Below are positions 14,838 to 23,099 of a stretch of DNA of 32,000 nucleotides, piece by piece. The DNA lies in the NCBI GenBank assembly GCA_942493095.1, contig OW818675.1, positions 1,260,001-1,292,000 of the forward strand, written 5' to 3'. The position numbers and the translations under genes were made by a program. Source of the DNA: Candidatus Electronema halotolerans (GTDB taxonomy: Bacteria; Desulfobacterota; Desulfobulbia; Desulfobulbales; Desulfobulbaceae). The notes beneath the pieces are model-generated. The model was not told the DNA's origin, made no database searches, and saw only the letters and a list, made by a program, of their open reading frames with translations. Numbering within the stretch: position 1 is the stretch's first letter; the number at the start of each line of letters is the position of its first letter.

Positions 14838-16022
14838 ATGAACCCGCTTTTCCGCCGTTTTAGCGACCAGCTCCATGACCTTGACAGCCAGAACCTGCGC
14901 CGCAGGCTCGTGCCGGTGCGACCTCTTGCCAAAGGACTGATTGAGGTTGACGGCAGGCAGCATCTGAATCTCTCCGGTAACGACTATCTCGGCCTTGGCA
15001 GTGATGCCGTCCTGCTGGATGCGTTTTATGCGCATCTTCATAATGAAGACAGGCTGCAATGCTGCGCTCCGGGCAGCGGCGCATCCCGTCTGCTCACTGG
15101 CAGCCGGGCAAGCTGTCATCAGTTGGAGGACTCGTTGGCGCAGCTTTACGGTAAGGACGGCGCACTGCTCTTCAACTCCGGCTGGCAGCTCAACAGCGGC
15201 CTGCTGCCAGCTTTGCTCCGCAAGGGCGATCTGGTCTTGGCGGACAAACTCTGTCATGCCAGCCTGATCGACGGCCTGCGCCTCTCTGCGGCTAAGGTCA
15301 TCCGCTATCCCCATCTTGATTATGAGCGACTGGAAGAGCTGCTCCGGCAGCACAGCAGCCAGTCCGGCATGATCTTTGTGGTCACGGAATCCATATTTTC
15401 CATGGACGGCGACTGCGCTGACCTGCGGCTGCTGGCAGCCTTGCGGGACAACTACGGGGCCGTGCTCTATGTGGATGAGGCCCATGCGGTCGGAGTGCGC
15501 GGCGAACGCGGCTTGGGCCTGGCTGAAGAGCAGGGTGTCCTTGCGCAGATTGATCTGCTGATCGGCACCTTTGGCAAGGCGTGGGCTGGACAGGGGGCGT
15601 TCGTGGTCGGCAGCCGGATGCTCTGCGATTTTTTGATCAACATGGCCCGTTCCTTTATTTTCACCACCGCCCTGCCGCCGGTCAGCATTGCCTGGCTCAA
15701 CTTCATTCTGCCCAAGATAGTTGCCATGCGTTCCGAGCGGCAGCATCTGGCCAAGCTGGCGGAACAGCTTCGCCGCAGGCTGCACCACCTGAATATTACG
15801 ACTGGCGGCGCAAGCCAGATTGTTCCAGTCCTGCTGGGCGAGGCGGCGGCGGCCCTTGCGGCAGCAGAACGGCTGCGCAGCCAAGGCTGGTGGGTGCAGG
15901 CGGTCAGGCCACCGACCGTGCCGCCCAACACAGCCCGGCTCCGGCTTTCTTTGAGCGCGGCCATGCGCGAGGAGCAGCTGCGCAGCTTGGCCGACCAGCT
16001 TGCCGCCGCAGTCCTTTCCTGA
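14838..16022 (+). CDS. bioF: 8-amino-7-oxononanoate synthase (alpha-oxoamine synthase family)
   Basis: NLSGNDYLGLG, GSGASRLLTG, ESIFSMDGDCADL, YVDEAHAVGVRGERG and the PLP-lysine context GTFGKAWAGQG are present. I set the start at MNPLFRRF (14838) rather than 14805. Confidence 0.85.
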   Translation: MNPLFRRFSDQLHDLDSQNLRRRLVPVRPLAKGLIEVDGRQHLNLSGNDYLGLGSDAVLLDAFYAHLHNEDRLQCCAPGSGASRLLTGSRASCHQLEDSLAQLYGKDGALLFNSGWQLNSGLLPALLRKGDLVLADKLCHASLIDGLRLSAAKVIRYPHLDYERLEELLRQHSSQSGMIFVVTESIFSMDGDCADLRLLAALRDNYGAVLYVDEAHAVGVRGERGLGLAEEQGVLAQIDLLIGTFGKAWAGQGAFVVGSRMLCDFLINMARSFIFTTALPPVSIAWLNFILPKIVAMRSERQHLAKLAEQLRRRLHHLNITTGGASQIVPVLLGEAAAALAAAERLRSQGWWVQAVRPPTVPPNTARLRLSLSAAMREEQLRSLADQLAAAVLS

Positions 16023-16180
16023 AAATCTGTTTGCCGCCTCCGGAGGGCAGATTCCTCCCCTGCATTTTCTTTCCTGCTATAAATTTCTGTTCATTTCCTG
16101 CAAACTGTTATATTCTTTTTTTGATACAGATCGTTTTGTTGTTATTTGTTCCGCAGCTATTGTAACACGTATTTGGAAAA

Positions 16181-19060
16181 ATGATTATCTTTAACTCCAA
16201 ACAGTTTTCAACTGTTCTCTTTGCTGTATTCTTTGCATATCCTTCGCTGACTACCGCGAAAATCCTGCTGGTGCCGAATGAATATCCGACCATCAGCAAG
16301 GCAATGCAGGCTGCCGGGCCGAATGACACAGTTCGGGTGGCGGCGGGCGCCTACCCTGACAACGTCATCATGCGGCCCGGCGTGACCTTGGAAGGCGGCT
16401 GGGACAGCACTTTTCAGCAGCATGAGCCGACAGTGAACAGAACAATCATTGATGGCAGCATGCGGGGCGGCTATGTGGTCTTTGGCGCGGACAAGGCCGT
16501 GCTGGACGGCTTTCTCATCACTGGCGGCAAACCGCCGATGATGATGCCGGATTTGGATGTCGGGCCAGGGGTGTATTGCGACTCCGCCTCCTTCACGGTG
16601 CGGAACAGCTTCATCACTGGCAACAATACGGCTGGCATCTATGCCCGCAACTGTCAGCTCTCCGCCACAGGCAATGTCATTGCCGCCAATGGCAGGGCAG
16701 GCATTTTTCTTGAAGATGCCTGCGCGGCGGAGATCAAGGGCAACCTGATCAGCCGCAATCTCTGGGCAGGCATCAATGTTGGCGGCAAGGCGCCTTCAAA
16801 AGTGGATATTGCCAACAACGCGGTGTACAGCAATCAGAAGGCGGGCATCAATGTCGCCTTTGCTCAAGGTTCAGTCAGCAACAATCTGATTCACAAAAAC
16901 AGAGAGGCTGGAGTCCGCTGCGGGCTGGCACCCATGCAGATCATCAACAACACCATTGCTGACAATGGCTTGGCCGGTGTTTCCACGGCTGAATCCGCCG
17001 GACTGCTGACAGCGGCTGCGCCAGCAGGCCAATCTGGCAAGACAGATACATCCGCCACGTCAAAGCTGCCGATCATTAAAAACAATATCATTGCCAACAA
17101 TGGGCAGGCTGGCATCAAGTCCTACGGCAGCGGCTACACCTACAACCTGCTTTACGGCAACAACAAAGTGGAAGGCTTTTTCCCGAATTATCTCTGGTAT
17201 ATCCGCCTCCAGCTCGGCGGCTACGAAGATCAGGCCACCTTTGAGAAGACCAAGAACATTCTTGCTGCGCCGCTCTTTGTCAATCCTGCCCAGCATGACT
17301 ACCATCTTCGGCCCGGCTCGCCTGCCATTGACCAAGGCGACCCGGAGCAGCAATACAACGACAAGAATTTTGGCCCTTCTCTTGGTGCTGACCGCAATGA
17401 CATGGGAGTCTATGGCGGGCCAGGCACTGTGGCCGAGAAGAGGCCGCCCAATCAGCCGCCCCAAGCTGGCATTGAGCCGCTCAAGAAGCAGGTTTATGCT
17501 GGTGACAAAGTGGTGCTCAACGGCGCAGTCAGCCGTGATCCGAACGGCGATGAGATTCACTATCAGTGGCGGCTGACCGGCAAGCCCTTCCAAAGCACGG
17601 CTGCCTTGAAGCCGGAAAAGGACGGCACTTGCGCCTTCACCCCTGACAAGGGCGGGCAGTATGCGGTCCAGCTCACAGTCACAGACCGCTGGGGCATGCA
17701 AGGCAGGCCGGTTCGGCTGACCATCAATGCTGACCCGGACAAACCGCCCACAGCCAAGATCAGCAAGCCAATGGGACCGGTCAAGGTCGGCGAGGCGGTC
17801 AAACTGTCCGCCATTGACAAGAAAAAACAAAATGGCAGCGAGCTGACTTTTTCTTGGATGATGCTCAGGCGGCCCAGCGACAGTCAGGCCCTGCTTGATG
17901 ATGCGCAGGCCGAGCGGCCCAGTTTCACGCCGGACGCGCCCGGCTGCTACACCATGCGCCTGACCGTGGCCAATGGCAAGAAGTCGAGCCAGCCGGACAC
18001 CGTGCATTTCTGCACCCAGGAAAGCCGGGTGCCGGGCCGCCGGTCAGTGCCGGATGAATACCCGACCATTCAGGCGGCCATTGATGCTGCCAAGGCAGGC
18101 GAGGACATCCTTGTCCAGCCAGGCACCTACCGTGAGCACCTGATTGTTGACAAACCGGTCAATCTGATCGGCGCAGGCAGGCCAAGACCGGTGATTGACG
18201 GCGGCAGCAAGGAGGGTGACGAGGCCGCAGTCTTTGTCTGTTATTTGGACAATACTGCGCAGGGCCGGATTCAAGGCTTCAAAGTCACAGGCGGCGGCAC
18301 TGGTCAGTATGGGCACGGCATCCAGATCCTCAACTCCTCGCCGGAGATTGTTGACAATGAGATTGTCGGCAACCAGCATGTGGGCGTGGGCATCCACGGG
18401 CAGTACAAATTCACCAAGGACACTAGGATTCACCACAACGACATCCATGACAACGCCATTGGCGTGAGCAACGGCTTGGGCGCAGGCGGCATGATCTACA
18501 ATAATGCCATCTACAACAACAAAGTGACCGGCATTGGTGTGCGCGGTTTGGCAAGACCGATAGTCCGCAAGAACAATCTCTACGGCAACTACATCGGCAT
18601 TGGGGTCCGGGAAGAAGCGTATCCGCAGGTTGAAGACAACATTGTCCAAGACAATGTGGTGGGCATGGCAGTCAATCCCGGCGTTGCCGGAGCGATTTAT
18701 GCGGAAAAGAACAAGATCACGCTGCGGAACAATCAGATACTCAGCAACCGGCAGGCAGGCATCTTTATTTCCTCGCTCAACAAAAGCGAGGTTGTGGCGC
18801 AGGGAAATGCCATCCGAGGCAACAGCGAGGCGGCTGACCGCGACAGCCGCACCGGCGGAGTGGTGAGCGGCTATCCGCATGAAGCCTTGGTCAAAGTCCT
18901 GCTCAACAGCAACATGGTCAGCGGCAACAACGGGCGGGATGTTCAGCTCTACAAGGAACTGGGCGAATCTGCCGGAACCATTGGCAGTTCCGCTGGCCGC
19001 AAGCCCGACTTCCAAGGCATGGGAATGCCTATGGGCGGCCCAAGCGGCATGGCGCAGTGA
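16181..19060 (+). CDS. Secreted protein with two right-handed parallel beta-helix (PbH1/NosD-like) modules separated by PKD/Ig-like domains
   Basis: A signal-peptide-like N-terminus (MIIFNSKQFSTVLFAVFFAYPSLTTA). Two module heads (VPNEYPTISKAMQAAGPNDTVRVAAGAY and VPDEYPTIQAAIDAAKAGEDILVQPGTY). Many N-x-I/V-x-x-N beta-helix rungs (NNTAGIYA, NGRAGIFL, NQKAGINV and others). Two YQW/FSW Ig-like segments lie in the middle. Confidence 0.75.
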   Translation: MIIFNSKQFSTVLFAVFFAYPSLTTAKILLVPNEYPTISKAMQAAGPNDTVRVAAGAYPDNVIMRPGVTLEGGWDSTFQQHEPTVNRTIIDGSMRGGYVVFGADKAVLDGFLITGGKPPMMMPDLDVGPGVYCDSASFTVRNSFITGNNTAGIYARNCQLSATGNVIAANGRAGIFLEDACAAEIKGNLISRNLWAGINVGGKAPSKVDIANNAVYSNQKAGINVAFAQGSVSNNLIHKNREAGVRCGLAPMQIINNTIADNGLAGVSTAESAGLLTAAAPAGQSGKTDTSATSKLPIIKNNIIANNGQAGIKSYGSGYTYNLLYGNNKVEGFFPNYLWYIRLQLGGYEDQATFEKTKNILAAPLFVNPAQHDYHLRPGSPAIDQGDPEQQYNDKNFGPSLGADRNDMGVYGGPGTVAEKRPPNQPPQAGIEPLKKQVYAGDKVVLNGAVSRDPNGDEIHYQWRLTGKPFQSTAALKPEKDGTCAFTPDKGGQYAVQLTVTDRWGMQGRPVRLTINADPDKPPTAKISKPMGPVKVGEAVKLSAIDKKKQNGSELTFSWMMLRRPSDSQALLDDAQAERPSFTPDAPGCYTMRLTVANGKKSSQPDTVHFCTQESRVPGRRSVPDEYPTIQAAIDAAKAGEDILVQPGTYREHLIVDKPVNLIGAGRPRPVIDGGSKEGDEAAVFVCYLDNTAQGRIQGFKVTGGGTGQYGHGIQILNSSPEIVDNEIVGNQHVGVGIHGQYKFTKDTRIHHNDIHDNAIGVSNGLGAGGMIYNNAIYNNKVTGIGVRGLARPIVRKNNLYGNYIGIGVREEAYPQVEDNIVQDNVVGMAVNPGVAGAIYAEKNKITLRNNQILSNRQAGIFISSLNKSEVVAQGNAIRGNSEAADRDSRTGGVVSGYPHEALVKVLLNSNMVSGNNGRDVQLYKELGESAGTIGSSAGRKPDFQGMGMPMGGPSGMAQ

Positions 19061-19093
19061 TCTCACTCCGGCATTGAGCAGGGCGCTTGATGC

Positions 19094-19125
19094 CGGATTC
19101 AAATTGCACGTGCAACTTGAATCCG
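19094..19125. repeat. 32-nt near-perfect palindrome related to the termini of the MITE at 13904
   Basis: cggattcaaattgcac|gtgcaacttgaatccg has 16-nt arms with one mismatch. 19095-19118 matches 13906-13929 at 21/24 positions. It overlaps a second hairpin (tccggcat...atgccgga, 19067-19097). There is no T-tract, so it is not a classical terminator. Confidence 0.5.
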
Positions 19126-19144
19126 TAAGAGATAGAATCAGAGC

Positions 19145-19651
19145 ATGAACAAAAAAAATCTGCCTGGCAAAAAAGGGAATAAGGCGGACAAGGTTCAGGC
19201 ATCTGAATCCGATCTCCGGCTTTCCAAGGCCCAGCTTTTGAGCGTCATTGAATTTTCCCGTCAGTTTCCAGAGCTGACCCAGCATCTGGCAGTGGTGCGG
19301 GGAACTGACAGTGAGGCGGCAAAGCAGGGCAGCTCAGAAGAAAGCAGCAGTGAACCGCTTGAATTTCCTCCCTTAGTTGCGCCGGACCCAAGAGAAATCA
19401 AGCCGCGTGTCTCTGAGGACAGCTGCGAAGAGCCGGAACATTCCGCCTCAGAGGATGAATTTGCTCTTTTTGCCGCAGGCCGCCTGCCGCCGCCTGAACC
19501 TGCGGGCAGACAGAAGAAAAAGAGAAAAATTTGGAAATTGCTGCTGCCTCTGACGATGTTTCTGCTTTTTCTTTTCTGGCTGCACGAAGCTGCAAGCCCG
19601 GGCAGGCCGGTGAACAGCACCCAGCAGCGCAAGCTGCAGGCAAGCAAATAA
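19145..19651 (+). CDS. Hypothetical protein: Lys-rich N-terminus, acidic/Ser-rich middle, C-terminal transmembrane helix
   Basis: 168-aa ORF with one hydrophobic segment (IWKLLLPLTMFLLFLFWLH). A plus-strand terminator-like hairpin follows at 19743-19774. I recognised no family, and the RBS is weak. Confidence 0.4.
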   Translation: MNKKNLPGKKGNKADKVQASESDLRLSKAQLLSVIEFSRQFPELTQHLAVVRGTDSEAAKQGSSEESSSEPLEFPPLVAPDPREIKPRVSEDSCEEPEHSASEDEFALFAAGRLPPPEPAGRQKKKRKIWKLLLPLTMFLLFLFWLHEAASPGRPVNSTQQRKLQASK

Positions 19652-19742
19652 GCTGCTGCGCGCTTATTCAGACAGGAAGTCTTTGTTTTAACAGATAGCG
19701 CTGAAGCAGGATAAAATGACTCTGCCTGTCTCTCTCCCGTAG

Positions 19743-19774
19743 GGACGCGGCCCTCTGTGGCCGTCCGATTTTTT
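19743..19774 (+). terminator. Rho-independent terminator candidate
   Basis: ggacgcggcc-ctctgt-ggccgtcc forms a stem with a 2-nt bulge, followed by ga + TTTTTT. Confidence 0.5.
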
Positions 19775-19795
19775 CTCGTTATTCCGGTGTGCTGC

Positions 19796-19827
19796 AAAAA
19801 AAGCCGAAGACAGCTTCTGTCTCCGGC
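19796..19827 (-). terminator. Rho-independent terminator of the SYLF-domain gene
   Basis: The minus strand reads gccggagacag-aag-ctgtcttcggc (11-bp stem, one mismatch) followed by TTTTTTT. It lies about 25 nt downstream of the stop at 19852. Confidence 0.7.
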
Positions 19828-19851
19828 TCAATCTGTGCAGGCGGTCTTTGT

Positions 19852-20703
19852 TCAATAGCCCAGCGGCTCAACCTGCTTCCGATCAGGGTTCTGCCACGGA
19901 TTGGGAGCAGCATAACCTGTGCCCGGCTCCTTCTGCGCTGCGGGAGGAGGAGGACTTGGCAGATACGAGTCGGCACCGCCATAGTCCTGAGCCGGCGGCG
20001 GATAGGCAGGCAGGGGCTGCGGCCTGCTGCCCGGCATGGCTGAACGCAGCGGCTCGGCTTGAGAATTGCTGACCAAACGCCGCATGAGAACGTCCATCGG
20101 TGAAATCATGCCGCCGCCGTAATAGGCCTTGTTCCATTGGTTGCGGGGCGTGATCACCGCGCCTTCCACGGAAATGCCGCCAAATACGCCTTTGGAGCGG
20201 CCAAAGGCCAGCACATCCGCAGTCTGGGCCTTGGCATTCTTGCCCACCGGCCCGGCAGCCACGGAAATATCCGCGCCAACTTTCAGTTCTGTGGAGAGCA
20301 TGGCGTTCAAGCCCGCCTCGGTCATGATCATCAGGACCAGCTCAGAGGCATCCGCGCCTGCTTGGAAACCAAGCGACAGGGAACCCATCGTGTAAAAAGC
20401 CGGATAGCTCCATGTCCCGGTGCGCTGGTCGCGGACCAGCAAAACCCCGGAGCCGCCTGCGCCGCCGATAATGAAGCCGCCTCGGAGCATCTGCGGGACA
20501 ATGAAGATGCCATAGGCCTGATCCACGTTGTCATGAAACCAGACCATCTTGGGATCGTGCATGAAGCTGCTGAACACGGCCTGGCTTTTCAAAACCAAGC
20601 TCTGCGCTTCGTCAAGACTGTCTCCGGCAGCGGCAGGACGGGACAGGGGCAGGACAAGAAGGGAGAGCAGCAGGACGGCAGCAAAGAAGCGATGCGGAAA
20701 CAT
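19852..20703 (-). CDS. SYLF (Ysc84/DUF500) lipid-binding domain protein with signal peptide and Pro-rich C-terminal tail
   Basis: GGFIIGGAGGSGVLLVRD, YTMGSLSLGFQAGA, KVGADISVAAGPVG and FGRSKGVFGGISVEGAVI are SYLF repeats. I set the start at MFPHRFFAAVLLLSLLVLPLS (20703). The track ORF has an unsupported 40-aa extension. Confidence 0.8.
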   Translation of the reverse strand: MFPHRFFAAVLLLSLLVLPLSRPAAAGDSLDEAQSLVLKSQAVFSSFMHDPKMVWFHDNVDQAYGIFIVPQMLRGGFIIGGAGGSGVLLVRDQRTGTWSYPAFYTMGSLSLGFQAGADASELVLMIMTEAGLNAMLSTELKVGADISVAAGPVGKNAKAQTADVLAFGRSKGVFGGISVEGAVITPRNQWNKAYYGGGMISPMDVLMRRLVSNSQAEPLRSAMPGSRPQPLPAYPPPAQDYGGADSYLPSPPPPAAQKEPGTGYAAPNPWQNPDRKQVEPLGY

Positions 20704-20783
20704 GGTAAAATTCCTTGTCATAAAAATCATGAGGCGGCAATGCTGACCAGCAGGTGCTGGTAGCTGGTCAGCTGGGAACGCGG

Positions 20784-20942
20784 TCAGTCTGCCGGAAAAA
20801 AATGCTCTTTTTCCGCTTGGCATTTTGGGCAGACCCAGTCATCAGGCAAATCTGCAAAGGCCGTGCCCGGCTCAATGCCGTTGTCCAAATCGCCTTCTGC
20901 CGGATCGTAGATGTACCCGCAGGGGCACTCATATTTCTGCAT
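20784..20942 (-). CDS. Rubredoxin (atypical first Cys motif)
   Basis: [48 protein letters not shown] aligns with classical rubredoxins. GGAGGA lies 6 nt upstream of the ATG at 20942. The longer track ORF (to 21074) is an unsupported extension. Confidence 0.85.
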   Translation of the reverse strand: MQKYECPCGYIYDPAEGDLDNGIEPGTAFADLPDDWVCPKCQAEKEHFFPAD

Positions 20943-21107
20943 GATCTTTCCTCCGAAAATAGGTTGACAGGCCACTGCAGCCTTGCTGCGCAGCTCTGAA
21001 CGACATGAAAGGAGTATAATGAACAGGGCGGCATTAGGCAAGAAAAAGGGAGACAGCTTCGTGGTCACAAACAAAAGAGGTAACTACTCAGGCATCCGCC
21101 AAGCCTC

Positions 21108-22616
21108 TTGACAAAATCAACAGGTAAAGATTATGCTGCCGTTATGAATTTCAGTGTTCCTAGTGAAAAAGAAGTCCGTGCTGCATACGCAGAAGGCGAA
21201 GAAGCGGTCGTCGCCCTGTTTAGCAGTATAACTGCGCAGGTTGAAAACCTCGCCGCTCAGTCAGCCAAGCAGTCCGAGATATTGAAGGATTTGCAGGCCC
21301 GGCTGTCGAAAAACAGTCGGAACAGCGGGAAACCGCCTTCGAGCGATGGATACGGTAAAGCGAAGCGAACGGAAAGTCTGAGAGAGTCCGGCAGGAAGCC
21401 GAACGGCGGCCAGCCAGGTCATCAAGGGCATACTCTTGAGCGGTCTGCGGCGCCGGATTCTACGGAGAGGTATAAATCCGAGGAATGCGCGGCTTGCAAA
21501 ATGTCGCTTGCGGATGTCGTCGCTGTCGGAGAGGAGGAACGGCAGGTTTATGATATTCCGGCGATTCGGATTGAAGTGACCTCGCATCGAGCGGAAATAA
21601 AAATCTGTCCCGGCTGCGGCACGGAAAACAGAGGCAAATTCCCGGAAAACGTCGGACAGGGCATCCGTTACGGCACGGGGGTGAAAACTTGGGCGGCATA
21701 TTTCGCGAACCAGCATCATATTCCGCTTGAACGGGCTGCGCAGATTATCGAAGACCTGACCGGGCATTCCGTCTCCGAGGGTTCGCTGCTGAAGGCATCG
21801 GAAGAGCTTTGCGGATGCGTGCGTCCTTCAACGGAAGCAGTCGAAAAACTGCTCATGAATACCGATGTGTTACATGCCGATGAAAGCGGAGTCCGCGTGA
21901 AAGGGAAGCTGCACTGGCTGCATGTCGCTTCGACGAACTGCCTCACCCATTATTCGGTGCATGAAAAACGGGGAAAAGAGGCGATGGACGCAGCGGGAAT
22001 CCTTGGAAAGTTCACAGGAACAGCGACGCATGATCATTGGAAATCGTACTTCAGCTATGAAAACTGCGGTCATGCGCTGTGCAATGCGCATCATCTCCGG
22101 GAACTCAAGTTCATAGAAAAACAGTATGGACAAGTTTGGGCCGGCGAGATGGCCGAGCTGTTGCTTGAAATAAAAGGCGCGGCTGAAAAGCTGAAGCCGG
22201 ATCGGGACGGCTTCGCGCCGGAGAAGATCGAAGAATTTGAGCGGCGGTATGATGAAATCGTCCGACGGGGTTTTGCCGACAATCCGTTCACTCCGCCTAA
22301 GGAGAAAAAACGAGGACGGGCGAAGAAGACTCCGCCGCTCAATTTGCTGACACGGATGCGTGATTACAGGGCGGAGACCCTCGCATTCATGTATGATTTC
22401 CGGGTTCCGTTCGACAACAACGCGGCGGAAAGAGATGTGCGGATGATCAAGGTCAAGCAGAAGGTTTCCGGCTGCTTCCGAACACTTGAGGGGGCAGAAC
22501 GATTCGCCTGTATCCGGGGATATATCTCCACGGTCCGTAAAAATTCAAGAAACATTTTTGAAGCGATCAAAGATGCTTTCCTTGGAAGTCCTTTTATCCC
22601 CGATTCCGCAGTATAA
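21108..22616 (+). CDS. IS66-family transposase
   Basis: A zinc-finger region (CAACK...CPGCG), then HADESGVRVKGKLHWLHV, ATHDHWKSY, CNAHHLRELKF and PFDNNAAERDVRMIKVKQKVSG are present. The start is either TTG 21108 (track) or the in-frame ATG at 21144. Confidence 0.85.
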   Translation: MTKSTGKDYAAVMNFSVPSEKEVRAAYAEGEEAVVALFSSITAQVENLAAQSAKQSEILKDLQARLSKNSRNSGKPPSSDGYGKAKRTESLRESGRKPNGGQPGHQGHTLERSAAPDSTERYKSEECAACKMSLADVVAVGEEERQVYDIPAIRIEVTSHRAEIKICPGCGTENRGKFPENVGQGIRYGTGVKTWAAYFANQHHIPLERAAQIIEDLTGHSVSEGSLLKASEELCGCVRPSTEAVEKLLMNTDVLHADESGVRVKGKLHWLHVASTNCLTHYSVHEKRGKEAMDAAGILGKFTGTATHDHWKSYFSYENCGHALCNAHHLRELKFIEKQYGQVWAGEMAELLLEIKGAAEKLKPDRDGFAPEKIEEFERRYDEIVRRGFADNPFTPPKEKKRGRAKKTPPLNLLTRMRDYRAETLAFMYDFRVPFDNNAAERDVRMIKVKQKVSGCFRTLEGAERFACIRGYISTVRKNSRNIFEAIKDAFLGSPFIPDSAV

Positions 22617-22625
22617 AAAACGAGT

Positions 22626-22662
22626 AAGGCCGTCTTCAGCACTTCTGAAAACGGCCTTTTTT
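22626..22662 (+). terminator. Rho-independent terminator inside the right end of the IS66 element
   Basis: aaggccgt-c-ttcag...ctgaa-a-acggcctt followed by TTTT, 10 nt after the transposase stop. Confidence 0.7.
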
Positions 22663-23099
22663 GTCAGGCTGAGTAGTTACAGAGCTTGTTTGATGCAGTG
22701 GCTGCTGGTTCTTCTGAGCTGGAGGCAGCAGCCAAGTTTGTTCGGGGCATTGCCCGCAATGCGTGCCGTTTCACCTGAACACTAATTTTTCCGATAATTT
22801 ACGAGCTGCTTTCCCTGCGAGGTGATTCGACTGGGCCGTTTTGTGCTGTTGGCAGGATTGCGGATGGACGAGTAAAAAATACCTGCGATGTAAAGCAGAT
22901 ACCTTTTTCACAACTGACGCTGCACTTGCTGTACAACGGTCTGTCAATAATCCTTTAAAAAAGGAGGAGGCATCCTTGCAATAGGCATCCTTTTTTTGCT
23001 ATAAAAAGATATGACCTTATTGGTTTTATGTCGCATAGCAGCATAAAAAAGAAATGCTAAGCCTTTTAACAAAAAAAGGCGCAGCTCAAGGAGAGATTG

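Larger units (their letters stand above)
21080..22680 (+). mobile_element. IS66-family insertion sequence (single-ORF type, no tnpA/tnpB)
   Basis: There are 12-bp perfect terminal inverted repeats, gtaactactcag (21080-21091) and ctgagtagttac (22669-22680), with the GTAA start typical of IS66 ends. They enclose the transposase gene. Only AGAG is repeated in the flanks, so I see no clean 8-bp duplication. Confidence 0.75.

Noticed and set aside
14745-15964. Minus-strand ORFs 14745..15884 (379 aa) and 15467..15964, and plus-strand ORF 15581..16165, overlapping bioF
   Set aside because: These are antisense or off-frame to a gene with unmistakable alpha-oxoamine-synthase motifs. Their products are Ala/Gln/Arg-rich with no recognisable domains.
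16023-16060. Palindrome cctccggagg just after bioF, as a terminator
   Set aside because: The perfect 10-nt palindrome leaves no loop, the extensions are weak, and no T-run follows.
16071-16102. Direct repeat tttcctgc at 16071 and 16095 (24-nt spacing) upstream of the beta-helix gene, as a possible regulator-binding site
   Set aside because: There are only two 8-bp copies in an AT/T-rich region. This is too short to distinguish from chance.
17060-19285. Minus-strand ORFs 17060..18007 (315 aa) and 18044..19285 (413 aa)
   Set aside because: They are antisense to the beta-helix/PKD gene, whose repeat rungs and signal peptide identify the plus strand as coding.
20742-20772. 10-bp stem hairpin (gctgaccagc ... 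gctggtcagc) between the rubredoxin and SYLF genes, as a terminator
   Set aside because: No T-tract follows on the minus strand. It may affect mRNA stability, but it does not meet intrinsic-terminator criteria.
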